From: Podarcis pityusensis
Taxonomy: Eukaryota
Length of the DNA: 64,000 bases
Direction: 5' to 3' (one strand)
NCBI GenBank assembly: GCA_964106645.2
Contig: OZ067042.1
In this document: in pieces, positions 1-11,500 of the stretch
Layout: each line of letters starts with the position of its first letter
Position numbering within the stretch: position 1 is the stretch's first letter
Position numbers and translations under genes: made by a program
Notes under the pieces: generated by a model
Seen by the model: the letters and a program-made list of their open reading frames with translations, nothing else
Databases searched by the model: none
Told to the model about the DNA's origin: nothing

Positions 1-749
1 CGACTTTTGCCAACAAAAAATTAAAGTCAATATCCCTATTTATTTCATATGCTTGTTTGGTGTTTGCTGAATGAGATATGCACCGGGTTTTTATTCCAGT
101 GCTGGAAAGAATGTGAGAAAGATTGGTCAACATGTATGTTTATGCTTTGTCTCTGTTCCACAATCGAAAGGGTTGTCTATGGCAGCCATCATTTCTGTGC
201 TGACTAGTATTAGTCAGGGTCCAGTGCTAGCAGTGTAATACCTGTCACCATGATGTGTGTGAAAGAGATAAATACCTGCCATAATGCAATGGAGTGGTTT
301 CTCTCTCTGCTCTGTGAATTTCGTCCCATCCCCCACCCCATCCGCAGCAATATTTTGAGCCTCCTGGCATACTTAACTATTTAAGAAAATAGGGAGGGGG
401 GTGTTCCTGTGGGACTCCTTTCAGATCTGTCAGTTTGTCAGCTACAAACTATATACTGAATATTTGTCATTTTCCACTTAAACCTGCAACAGCTATGATG
501 CATATTAACTATCTTCTGCCCCCCATGAGAAATTGTGAAGGAATTTATAGTGTTTGGGGTTTGTTTTTTTAAAAAATATATAAATACAACTTTTAAAACA
601 TAAAACTAGAAAATAATAATTAAAAGTGTGTGTTTTCACACATGTGTGTATTTTCCGCCAGACATCTCAGGTTTATTTCTCTATGAAAATTAGGAAAACT
701 GTTCTTCCCCACTCCTGAATCTTATAGCACTGCTCTGACGGCAGCCTTG

Positions 750-937
750 ACAGTGTGACGTGATGCATGTTTCGTAAGAGAAAGTAAGTCCCATTGTGCC
801 CAATGGGATTTACTACCTGGTCAGTATATTTGGGATTGGACCCTAACAGTGCAACCCTATACATATCTCCTCAGAGGTGAGTCCCACTGAGTTGAATGGG
901 GCTTACTCTCAGGAAAGTGGGGAAGGAATTGCACTTA
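750..937. repeat. Two tandem copies of a ~90-bp hairpin repeat
   Basis: Core aagtaagtcccat...aatggg.(c/t)ttact; further copies at ~14080-14320, 27140-27225, 29617-29677, 57550-57630 and 62605-62698. Confidence 0.7.
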
Positions 938-3900
938 CCTGGGTAAAGTGGTGCTTTTCAGACTGTGTTCTTAGGAAGGCTGGGACCCCATAGAATCCTA
1001 TCACAGTTTTCTCAGCGAGAAAAACCTTGTTCAGGTGTTATGCCAGTTCATTCTGTTTTGTGACTTTTAAAAATGCAGTTGTTTTCAATTGCAAATTATA
1101 TTAAATATTTTATTGTCCAGAGAACTTGGTTGAGTGAACGGCATATAATGTGACAAATATATGATTCAGCTTTGCTGTTAGACACAAAATCATATTAACA
1201 AATAGGCTACTGCCAAATTTGTATCTTATGCTACCAATATTTAGTTAGTTTCTGAATTCTTCCTCCTAGCAGTTCTTCACCTTTTCACTGCCCTGAAGCC
1301 CCACTTCTCATGAGGAGCTTTTAAACTTCCTCCACATTTAAAAAGAGGCATTTTTGTTGCTTCTTTGGAAAAAGACACACCTCAGCTCTGTGCACCTATC
1401 AGCCCATTGTATGTTTTCTTTCTGTTTCTGGGCCACCAGCGCCCTTTGATCACAATGAGAGAGATACATTTGCAGCATTTACTTGCTGGCGAAGTTTTAA
1501 ATGGCTCCATTTATTTGCAATTGAAGGTGTACCCAGCCTTAGAAAGACATTCATCAAATAAAGGCAACGCATAACTTTCCCATTACCTAGGTGTAGCCTG
1601 AAACTGCCACTATACAATTTGAAGAAAAAAACAAAAAAAGCTATAACTCAGCTTGCAATCTGGCTCCCATGCCCATTAAAGCTCAGTCTAAATATAATTT
1701 TGACTGCCACCCCCAGCCTTTATAATATACTGTTCAGTTTTACATGTAAACTCATAAATGCTCTATAGCACATGGTACTGGTGGCTACCCAGAAAAACCT
1801 GAAAAGGGTGGGTGTGTTGCCTTAAGATACTATTGTGCTTTGAGATAAGCCAAGCAGCAAACAAAGCACACTTTATAAGGAGCTGGCATAGCTGCTGCCT
1901 GCCATTTCAAGCATCTGAATGGGAAAACAGCTCTGGATATTTATGACAAATGTCTTGTTTCCTGATTTATGTTAGTACCATGCTGTGCTCGAGCCGATTT
2001 TGGTCAGAGAATGGAGCTAATAGGCTCGCAATTCTTTGCAACTAATTGAATGTGAATTGCACTGGGCAGAGAAAAACCTGACTGAGAGCAAAAGCCAGTG
2101 ATGTTGAAAGGCTAAGGGAGCATGTTGGTAGGAAAAAGCAGGAGAAGAATCCACAGTGAAAGCACTTGCGAAAAAATCAGGAATGACCACAAGGATGGAG
2201 CGCCTGACTTGGAGCCAAAAATCTTTTTACATTTTCCAGTCACAATATCAAATTCTTAGCTTCCATATCTGGATATCTGACATTCGTAATGTGCAGCAGG
2301 CAAAGCCCCATTTTCTATAAATTCAGAGTATGCAGAACTGTAGGAAAATAAGAAATGGGCAGTACAAAATGGATTGGTACACTTTTTCGGGTATGTAGAC
2401 ATGTTGAATCAATCACATTAGACTCAAGCCTGGCATAGAATTTATCCTGCAAAGCTAGAGTTAAGCTCTGGCAGAACAGGGGTGGCTAAGCTTTTAGGGG
2501 CTAAGGGCCACATTAACTCATGGTGAACTCTCTGGGGGCAACATGGCAACTTGGGTGTGGTCAAAATGTTGAAGTGGGTGTGGCTAAAGTGTAAAAGCAG
2601 GTGTGGCAAGAGCTATTTAACAATTAAAGCCATAAGCAGCCATCAAGCGGTTTGATGCTCACAAACATTTCAAGGAACATTTGGAAAGAATTTAGAGGTA
2701 GCTTCAGCACAGACTTCCATTTAGCAACAAACTGCTCCTGTGTAGGAAACAGATATCTAGGGACTGAGAAAGGAGTCGATTTCAGAAGTGCCGAAAGGGT
2801 ATGCTGGAAAACGAAGACAGTTAGATTTCCATCAGTTATAGGATAAAAGTCTTTGGGACTATTTTAAGGGGTGAAATGGGAGAGCCCACTTTGAAAAGCT
2901 TGATTAGAGAAAACCAGAAGGATTTCTTAACAGGGAGAGTCACGCTTCACTTGGCTATTGGAATTCATGAAAGTTTTCCAGCAGCTATGGGATATCGTAC
3001 ACCAGCTATATTTTCTGGCTATATCATGCAGTCATTCTTCACATTTAACTTTCTTAAGTATAGGGAAAGGATAAGTAGATGGCATGGGAACTACGTAAAG
3101 CAAAATGTGCTTAAGCCTTTTGGGAAAGGTCGGGTTTGTGAAAATGCAACCCTGACTCACGAAGCTAATTGCATATGTAATGATCATGGTTCAGACGGAG
3201 GGTGGAGGAAGCTGAGACAATGAAAAGGCACTTTCCATGAATTCAGCATTGAAAGCAGTTGGCATAGTAAAACCTCTACCACCAATGAGATGTTTCTCTC
3301 CATGCAGTTGAGAGTGTATGGAGAGAGACAGCAGACACACTCACCCAAGCCCTGTAGTCACAGCTGATTCCACAGAGCAAGATGGCTTCTTGTTGAGATT
3401 TCCACAAATGCCTAGGCATGCTACGCAATCCTATCCACTGTTCTTTCCATTGGGTTCAGTTGGGCTTCCTTCCAAGAAGGCATGCACAGGATTTAAGCTA
3501 CATTTTAGTAACCAGAGCAAAGACTTTTCTCCTTACATATCATAATGAACACATCTGAGCCCCCACATAATCGTTCCATTTAAATATTGACACAGTATAG
3601 TAGACATTCTGCCAGGTCCTGTTTTCTTCGCAATTAAGTGTTAGATAACAGAACATATGTACCCAGCTGGATACAGAAACCCAGAATTTCTGAACAGCGT
3701 CCCAGTTTCAGGAGCCGGCATGGAGTCAAAATGACCTCTCCCTTGCCAGTGCTAACAAATTTAGATTAAATATACAGATACAGAATTCATTGCCTGATTT
3801 ATTGTCAATACAGTGTTAATATTTGCATCCACAGGATCTGACATTTTTTGGGTACCAAAGTGAAGCAGCACATCAACCATTTGACAGTGCTGGGCTGAAA

Positions 3901-5173
3901 AGAAGCTGGGGATTTGCTTCCAGAATGACCTGGAAAACAGTGGAACAATTGGAAAGGTTTACTTTCTAGGTATGAAAAATCATGGTAGGCCCAGTAAATA
4001 AAGCTTTGAAAGAAGAATTTTAAAATGTAGATTAGGTGTGTAGACCCAGTGAGCCTCCAGATAATAATTGGCTACAATTCTCACTGGCCCTGACCATTGG
4101 TCATGCTGGCTGAAACTCTTGAAATTTGGGGTCTAATAACGTCTGGAGGCCCTACCCCACATGCAGATCTTTCAAATGCTTAAGATTCTACCCCAAACCA
4201 TTTTCTGGTGGGATTAAAGGGCATTGCTTCCAAGTAACTATGTTTAGGAGTGGGTTATAGAATCATGCTAGCTCCTTACATATCATAGCTCTGCACACTG
4301 CCACCAGGCTCCCCAAAGAGCATCCATTTGATCTTCATTTGAAAGAGTTCTCCCTCCAATACAGAGTGTGTGCGGAGAGGGACTGTGTATAATCTTGATT
4401 TTAATAGTGGCTTACAGGGAAATAGTTCAGCAACCCTTGCCCACTGTTGCTACTCCAGTCGAATTCACAACCCCTTTTTCAGGGTTTTTTGTGTTTTGTT
4501 TTAAGGGGACTCCTGGATCTCATCTATTTTGGCCCAGATTTAAAGAATATATTTTCAAAGAGCTCTAGTTTTAATTCCATAGTATTACATCAGCTCCACA
4601 CACCCAATGTCTATGATCATCAGCCCAGCAACAGTTAAAAGTGCACCATACTTAGATTATTATTTTTTGAAAGAAAGAAAGGGGATTTATTTCACACAGT
4701 CTTCTAGTCTAGTCATAATAAAACATATTTTGAAGTTTCAAAAAGATTCATTCACTCTGGTTGTTGCAGGGTATCAATCGCCATCACAAACACAGTGCAT
4801 TTACTCTATATGACCACTGTTTCTTCACAGAATAATTTCTTTTAAAAAAACACTGAATGCATATTTGTATGAAAGAAATCTTTGATTCCATTTATGCAAT
4901 GCAGCTGTGAAGTCAAAAGGGCCATGTATTCTTATTTTTTATTTCAGTCTAAGTTGTATACTATGTTACAGAAAGATCTGCACAAACAGTATGAGTTTAC
5001 AAAGTGAATTTGACATGCCTTGGCTTTTAAAACTGCTGAGCACTGTGGTGGAAAAGTGACACATAATATTTCAAAACACAATCCACCAACAAAACAACCT
5101 TACATCTAAATAAAAATAACTCTGTTATAATCAGCATAGCAACAGGATTATAGCATCAAGCTAACAATATTAA

Positions 5174-5536
5174 GGGGACGCGGTGGCGCTGTGGTCTAAG
5201 CCACAGAGCCTAGGGCTTGCCGATCAGAAGGTCGGCGGTTCAGATCCCCACGATGGTGTGAGCTCCCGTTGCTCTGTCCCAGCTCCTGCCAACCTAGCAG
5301 TTTGAAAGCACGTCAAAGTGCAAGTAGATAAATAGGTACCGCTCCGGCGGGAAGGTAAACGGCATTTCCGTGCGCTGCTCTGGTTCGCCAGAAGTGGCTT
5401 AGTCATGCTGGCCACATGACCTGGAAGCTGTCTGTGGACAAACACCGGCTCCCTCGGCCAGTAAAGCAAGATGAGCGCCGCAACCCCAGAGTAGTCCGCG
5501 ACTGGACTTAACAGTCAGGGGTCCCTTTACCTTTAC
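5174..5536 (+). mobile_element. Sauria (POM-type) tRNA-derived SINE
   Basis: GGGACGCGGTGGCGCTGTGG head with A/B boxes, (CCTTTA)n tail, degenerate 13-bp TSD ctaacaatattaa / ctaacaacatgaa. Confidence 0.88.
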
Positions 5537-5808
5537 CTAACAACATGAAAACTAAAAAGCTATTCAGGCTATTTAAACAGATGCTTAACTTCATGAAGAC
5601 TCAACCCCAATGAGAAATCAGCCATTTTGAACTGTCTTGAAAAGTCAGAACCGTCCGGTGTGTAAAGTGCATGCTTTGTCATGGGACCACTCTAAACCCC
5701 ATTAATCTGCAGTCAGTTCCAATGGAATGTTTCTCAAACTATTACTTGTGGAAACAGAGCCAGTTCTACCATGTTGTTTCCTGAGTTCCCTCCAGACCAT
5801 TCCCCTCT

Positions 5809-6022
5809 TAGAACACGAGGAGAGCCCTGCTGGATCAAATCAAAAGCCCACCTTGTTCAGTAATCTGTGGCCAACTAGAGAAACCCATAAGCTGGACTTG
5901 AGCACAACATGAACACTCTTCCCACTCATGTTCCCCAGCATCTGGTACTCAGAAGCACACTGCCTTTGATACTGAGTTATATAAAGCCATTGTGACTGGT
6001 AGTCATTGATAGCCTCATTTCC
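5809..6022 (-). mobile_element. CR1-like LINE 3' end remnant
   Basis: gccctgctggatca...gtggcca...cattgatagcct block shared with 25886-26280 and 55281-55465. Confidence 0.55.
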
Positions 6023-6249
6023 GGGTTGGAGGACATAGTCTGTGTCACATGGCCCTCCACTTGCTTCCGAATACAGTTTGCTGCTCGCAAGTGTGGTGCA
6101 GGATTCTATCTCGTTCCCAATTGTAATGGGATGGGGCATCTTGTTTTTCTCTCAAGAGGGCATAATGTGGCCCTGTGTGAAAGTAATTGTTATATATATG
6201 ATATTGATGGATTCCTCAGTAGCAGATATAGGCTGCTATCTTGCACACA

Positions 6250-6567
6250 GGATTAATCCGCACTATAATTTTAAAATAGTATTGTACCACTTTAGACAGT
6301 TCATGGCTCCCAAACAATCATGAGGACTGTAGTTTGCTAAGGGTTCAGAGAGCTATTCCCTTGATAGAACTACAGTTCCCAGAGTTTCCTCGGAAGAGGG
6401 TCTCATTGTTGAACCACTATGAAAGCCGTAGCTCTGCAAGGAAGATAGTGGTCTCCTAACAACTCTCAACACCCTTAACAAATTACAGTTCCCAGGTTTC
6501 TTTGGGGGAAGCCATGACAGTTTAAACTGGTATGGTGCTACATTACATATGTAGTGCAGATGGGGCC
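6250..6567. mobile_element. Long palindromic MITE (PIF/Harbinger-like); partial related copy at ~49191-49380
   Basis: Degenerate inverted arms ending ...gtgcagatggggcc-tta; shares the ctacagttcccag and ctcctaacaa.tctca cores with 49191-49380. Confidence 0.6.
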
Positions 6568-6581
6568 TTAGTTAGGAATTT

Positions 6582-7110
6582 TTGTTGTTGTTTAGTCGTT
6601 TAGTCATTTCCGACTCTTTGTGACCCCATGGACCAGAGCACGCCAGGCACTTCTGTCTTCCACTGCCTCCCACAGTTTGGTCAAACTCATGCTGGTAGCT
6701 TCGACAACACTGTCCAACCATCTCGTCCTCTGTCGTCCTCTTCTCCTTGTGCCCTCCATCCTTCCCAACATCAGGGTCTTTTCCAGGGAGTCTTCTCATG
6801 AGGCGGCCAAAGTATTGGAGCCTCAGCTTCAGGATCTGTCCTTCCAGTGAGCACTCAGGGCTGATTTCCTTCAGAATGGATAGGTTTGATCTTCTTGCAG
6901 TCCATGGGACTCTCAAGAGTCTCCTCCAGCACCATAATCCAAAAGCATCCATTCTTTGGCGATCAGCCTTCTTTATGGTCCAGCTCTCACTTCCATACAT
7001 CACTACTGGGAAAACCATGGCTTTTACTATACGGACCTTTGTTGGCAAGGTGATGTCTCTACTTTTTAAGATGCTTTCTAGGTTTGACATTGCTTTTCTC
7101 CCAAGAAGCA
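6582..7110 (-). mobile_element. RTE-BovB LINE, 5'-truncated 3' fragment
   Basis: ORF 6572..7111 reads LKSRDITLPTKVRIVKAMVFPVVMYGSESWTIKKA...WCWRRLLRVPWTARRSN, typical of the BovB C-terminus; frameshift near 6795; (CAA)n tail. Confidence 0.92.
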
Positions 7111-7825
7111 CTAAAGTCAGTAAGTTTTATGAATAAACATTTATGAGATCAGACTGTTAGGTGAATACCACTCTACGCTGGAAGTTTTCTTTGCATATGT
7201 GTTCACAACTAAAACTTGCCAGATGAGTGCAGAAAAGTAAGCCAGAACTGGTGCATCAATTGGGTTTTTTAATGGGATAGGACCAGGCTACTTTTGTTCT
7301 GGTGGAGAAATTTAAACCAGCTGTAGTCATGTGGAGTTAAGAAGGCAGAGTGATGACTTGCATCTGGATGCTGGTGGTGGTTTGTGACTCACCTTTGCTG
7401 GAGGAAAACACCAAAGTTCATTTGAAAGATCCACTCTTTTAAAAGCCTGAGAATACAGCAGAAGAGATATGTTGTAACAGTTTTTTTCTGCCTGCTCTGT
7501 GCTGTGAACTGGGATCTCGTGAAAACCTGGAGAAGGGAATTGTTTTATAAAGCAAAATGCAACACAGTAGAGGTGATGGAGAAGAAAGCAATGGCCGCAG
7601 AGTTCCCTGTACACTTGTGCAATGGACTTATGGCTATGTCCCCACTCCCAATATTTTTTGGGGGGGGGAAGCAGCCCTAATGATCAGGGGGCAGTGTAGG
7701 CTGAGTACAGAGGAAAGTGCAGAACTGAGGGTGCCATGGCTTCTGTGGGTGGCTACTCCTGCTGCTGCTGCTGCTGTGGAAAGAGCCCCCAGCTGCTCCT
7801 GACATTGCAACATGACATCACACAT

Positions 7826-7828
<3 letters not shown>

Positions 7829-7870
<42 letters not shown>

Positions 7871-8175
7871 TTTATTTGTACCCCGCCCATCTGGCTGGGT
7901 TTCCCCAGCCACTCTGGGCGGCTTCCAACAAAAATTAAAAATACATTAAAATGTCACACATTAAAAACTTCCCTGAACAGGGCTGCCTTCAGATGTCTTC
8001 TAAATGTCAGGTAGTTGTTTATCTCTTTGACATCTGGTGGGAGGGCATTCCACAGGGCGGGCACCACTAGCGAGAAGGCCCTCTGCCTGGTTCCCTGTAG
8101 CTTTGCTTCTCGCAGTGAGGGAACCGCCAGAAGGCCCTCAGCGCTGGACCTCAGTGTCCGGGCAGAATGATGGGA
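7829..8175 (-). mobile_element. L2-clade LINE 3' fragment with (ATT)n tail
   Basis: ORF 7954..8205 reads RTLRSS..GLLAVP...RAFS...P.LWN.LP......F..HLK..LF, the L2-type ORF2 C-terminus; (AAT)n run at 7829-7870. Confidence 0.82.
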
Positions 8176-8239
8176 TGAAGTTACACATGCACACACACAC
8201 CCCATCTGCAGCAGAAGTTGGTGTCTCTGGCACTACACC

Positions 8240-8568
8240 TGAAATATACTCAGAGTCGCAAAGTGATTTCATGCTCTTTATTCAGCTCATAGTGGTGAGG
8301 AGGAATGAATAATGTCCCCTCACAGTATCTGCTTTATATACATTATTTACACAATGGGCTGCACATGATTGGCTAATTCTGGAATTCTACTGTAAGCCAA
8401 TCAGGTTGTGGATTCACTTCTATCTGGAGCAGGATTGGGTGGTTCCTGCCAACCAATCATACTGCTGCATTGTTCTAGGACCAATCAGACTGCTGCATTC
8501 TGAATCCTATTGTTCTAGGACCAATCAGACTGCTTCAGTTTGGATCCTATTCAACTCAGTACATAACA
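8240..8568 (-). repeat. 3' LTR (329 bp)
   Basis: Direct repeat of 12781-13069 plus 40 extra bp; on the element strand TATATAAA at ~8333-8340 and AATAAA at 8277-8282. Confidence 0.95.
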
Positions 8569-8580
8569 CCCCTCCCCTCT
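8569..8580 (-). promoter_or_regulatory. Polypurine tract
   Basis: AGAGGGGAGGGG immediately before the 3' LTR, overlapping the TAG stop of the ORF. Confidence 0.9.
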
Positions 8581-11500
8581 AAGTTCCAGTCCTGCCCGGG
8601 AGGTCGCATTCATAGTCCTCAAGGTATGCCGGCGGCCTACGTGTGCGTTGTGGCCTGGGGTGTTCCCTGGTCCGGGCTCTGGGTTCTGGCTCGTGTTCCA
8701 AGGATGCTGGCTGTGATGCGGCTGTTTGGTCTGGTGCAACCGGCTCGCTCAGTCGTGGTTCTGGTTCCGGTGTCCTTTCGGCCTCACGGGTCCTCTCTGT
8801 ATTTACTGATTCTGCCTCTCCTGCTGGCCCCTCCTGCTCTATGGGCCTCACTGCCCCGCTGTTCCCTTGGGACTCCTCTGACCTGTCCTCCTCCTGGTTT
8901 TCTCCCGGGAATCGTCGCCGTATCTGGTCGCAGTGGCGGCGCCAGCATTGCCCCCCATCCGTTAGCACCTCGTACGACACGGGGCCAGTGACCCTGGTGA
9001 TTGTGGCGGGTACCCATGCTGGGCCTGCCCCAAAATTCTTTGCGTACACTGGGTCCTGGGCCTCGAAGGTCCGGGGGTTCCTGCCTTCCCCCACCACTAC
9101 CTCATCCTGAGCTCTATCGGGGTGAAGGCGGTCCAATCTGATTGCAAGGCGCCGACCCATTAGTAGTTCAGCGGGGCTCCGGCCAGTCGTTGAGCTGGGG
9201 GTGCTGTGCTGTGCTAGAAGGAATGTGGCAAGGCGGTACTCCCAGTCCCCTTGCGTCATGCGGCGAAGGGTGTCCTTGGTGGTCCGCACCATGCGTTCTG
9301 CTTGGCCATTGGTGGCAGGGTGGAACGGCGCCGAACGGATGTGGCGGATGGCGTTCTGCGCTGTGAAGGTTTGGAATTCTCCTGACGTAAATGCAGTCCC
9401 GTTGTCTGAGACGAGAGTGTCAGGGAGCCCGTGGGTTGCAAACAGCCTGCGTAGTACCCGGATGGCTGCGGACGTGGAAGTGGACGGTACCAGTGCGACT
9501 TCCAGCCATTTGGTGTAGGAGTCCACCACTATGAAGAATGTTTTCCCCTGAAAGGGGCCAGCGAAATCCACATGCAGGCGTGACCATGGTGCTCGGGCGG
9601 ACTCCCAGGACTGGACTGGGGCCCTTGGGGGATCTGGGCGGGATTCTTGGCAGGCCTGGCAGTGTTTGACCCAGGCCTCTATCTCTCCATCGATCCCCGG
9701 CCACCACACATAACTCCTGGCAAGGGCCTTCATTCTTACTACCCCTGGATGTGTCTCGTGTAGGGCTGTGAGGACCCTTTTGCAGAGGGGCTGGGGAACA
9801 ACGACTCTGCTTCCCCATAACAGGCACCCCTTGTGGGCCGACAGTTCATGTTTGCGGGTTGTGTAGCCGGCGAATTCTGGCCCGGGGCTGCTGCTGGGCC
9901 ATCCCCTCCACACCCAGTCCAGGACCCGGGAGATGACCCTATCTTTCTTGGAATGGTGTGCAACTTCTTGTGCCTGAATGGGGCGGTCGGGAAGCAGCTC
10001 CAGGCTCATAACCTCTTGTGCAGGTGCTGGGTCAGGGCCTGTTTCCGGTAGTGGTAGCCTGCTGAGGGCGTCCGCATGGCCCATCGCCTTCCCAGGTCGG
10101 TGAATCAGTGCATACTGGTAGCTGGCAAGGAAAATTGACCACCTGAGGACGCGAGGAGACAGCACTTGGGGGGTCTGCTTTTCGGGGGCAAACAAGCCAA
10201 GCAACGGCTTGTGGTCAGTCACCACGGTGAAGGGCCGCCCGTACAAGAAATCATGGAATTTTTTTACTCCCTTTACGATTGCCAGACCCTCCTTGTCGAT
10301 TTGCGAGTAGTTCCGCTCGGTTGTGTTGAGTGTCTGGGAAAAGTACGCCACCGGTACCTCTCTTCCATCCGGGAGTTGGTGCCCCAGGACAGCTCCAATG
10401 CCATAGGGTGAGGCGTCGCATGCTAGCACCACCGGCAGCCTCTCGTCGAAGTGTGCCAAGACCGAGTTTGAGACAAGCAAGTCCTTGACTGCCTGGAATG
10501 CGGCCTCCTGGCGCTGGCCCCACACCCAAGGGGCCCGCTTGTCCAGGAGTCTGTGTAGGGGCTCCGCTACCGCCGCCTTGTGGGGAAGGAAGGAATGGTA
10601 AAAGTTCAATAGTCCCAAGAAGGCCTGAAGTTCAGTCTTGCTCTTGGGCGCTGGGGCATCACAAATGGCCCGTACCTTGTCCCCAGTCGGGTGGACCCCT
10701 TCTGCGTCCACCATAAATCCCAGAAAGTCCACCTGAGGCACTCCTAGTAGACATTTTTCCCGCTTCACCTTGAGACCCGCCGTCTGGAAACGGTGCAGAA
10801 CGGTGCGGAGGCGGTCCTCAAACTCCTCTGGTGTGGGGCCGGCAATCAACACATCATCGAAGAAGGGGGTGACGCCAGGAATCCCTTTAAGGAGAGAGTC
10901 CATTATATTCTGGAATATGCCTGGTGCCACGCTGACACCGAATTGCAGCCGCTTTACCCTGAACGCTCCTCTGTGCGTCACAATCGTCTGTGCCTCTGCT
11001 GTGGCCTCATCTACTGGCAGCTGTTGATATGCTTGGGCCAAGTCCAGCTTGCCAAAAATTTTCGACCCAGCCAGGGTGGCAAGGACATGGCTGACCACTG
11101 GCACTGGGTATGCGTGGGCCGTGAGGGCCTTGTTTATGGTACATTTGTAGTCTGCGCAGATGCGGACCGAACCATTAGGCTTGATGGGTGTGACGATTGG
11201 GGTTTCCCAGGGAGCATTAGGCACCGGCTCCAGCACTCCTTGCTCTACGAGTCGGTCCAATTCCTCGTCTATACGGGGTTTCAAGGCGAACGGGACCCGG
11301 CGGGCCTTGAGCCTGACCGGTCGTACTGCGGGGTCAAGCTGTAGCGCAATGGGGGGGCCCGTATACTGTCCCAATTTCCCATCGAAAACCCCTGGAAATT
11401 CCTTGCATATGGCGTCCACGTCCACTTGTAAGCTAGTGTGGTTCACCCCGGTGACAGCTAGCCCCAGTGGTCCAAACCATGCCAATCCCAGTAAGCTAAT

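Noticed and set aside
5174-5260. tRNA-like A/B boxes
   Set aside because: SINE head, not a tRNA gene; it continues into the SINE body and has a TSD
7634-8014. ORFs with poly-I, poly-N or poly-A runs
   Set aside because: Translations of (AAT)n and (GCT)n microsatellites
8401-8540. Short repeats with spacers that look superficially CRISPR-like
   Set aside because: Eukaryotic LTR U3 subrepeats; only 2-3 units and no cas genes
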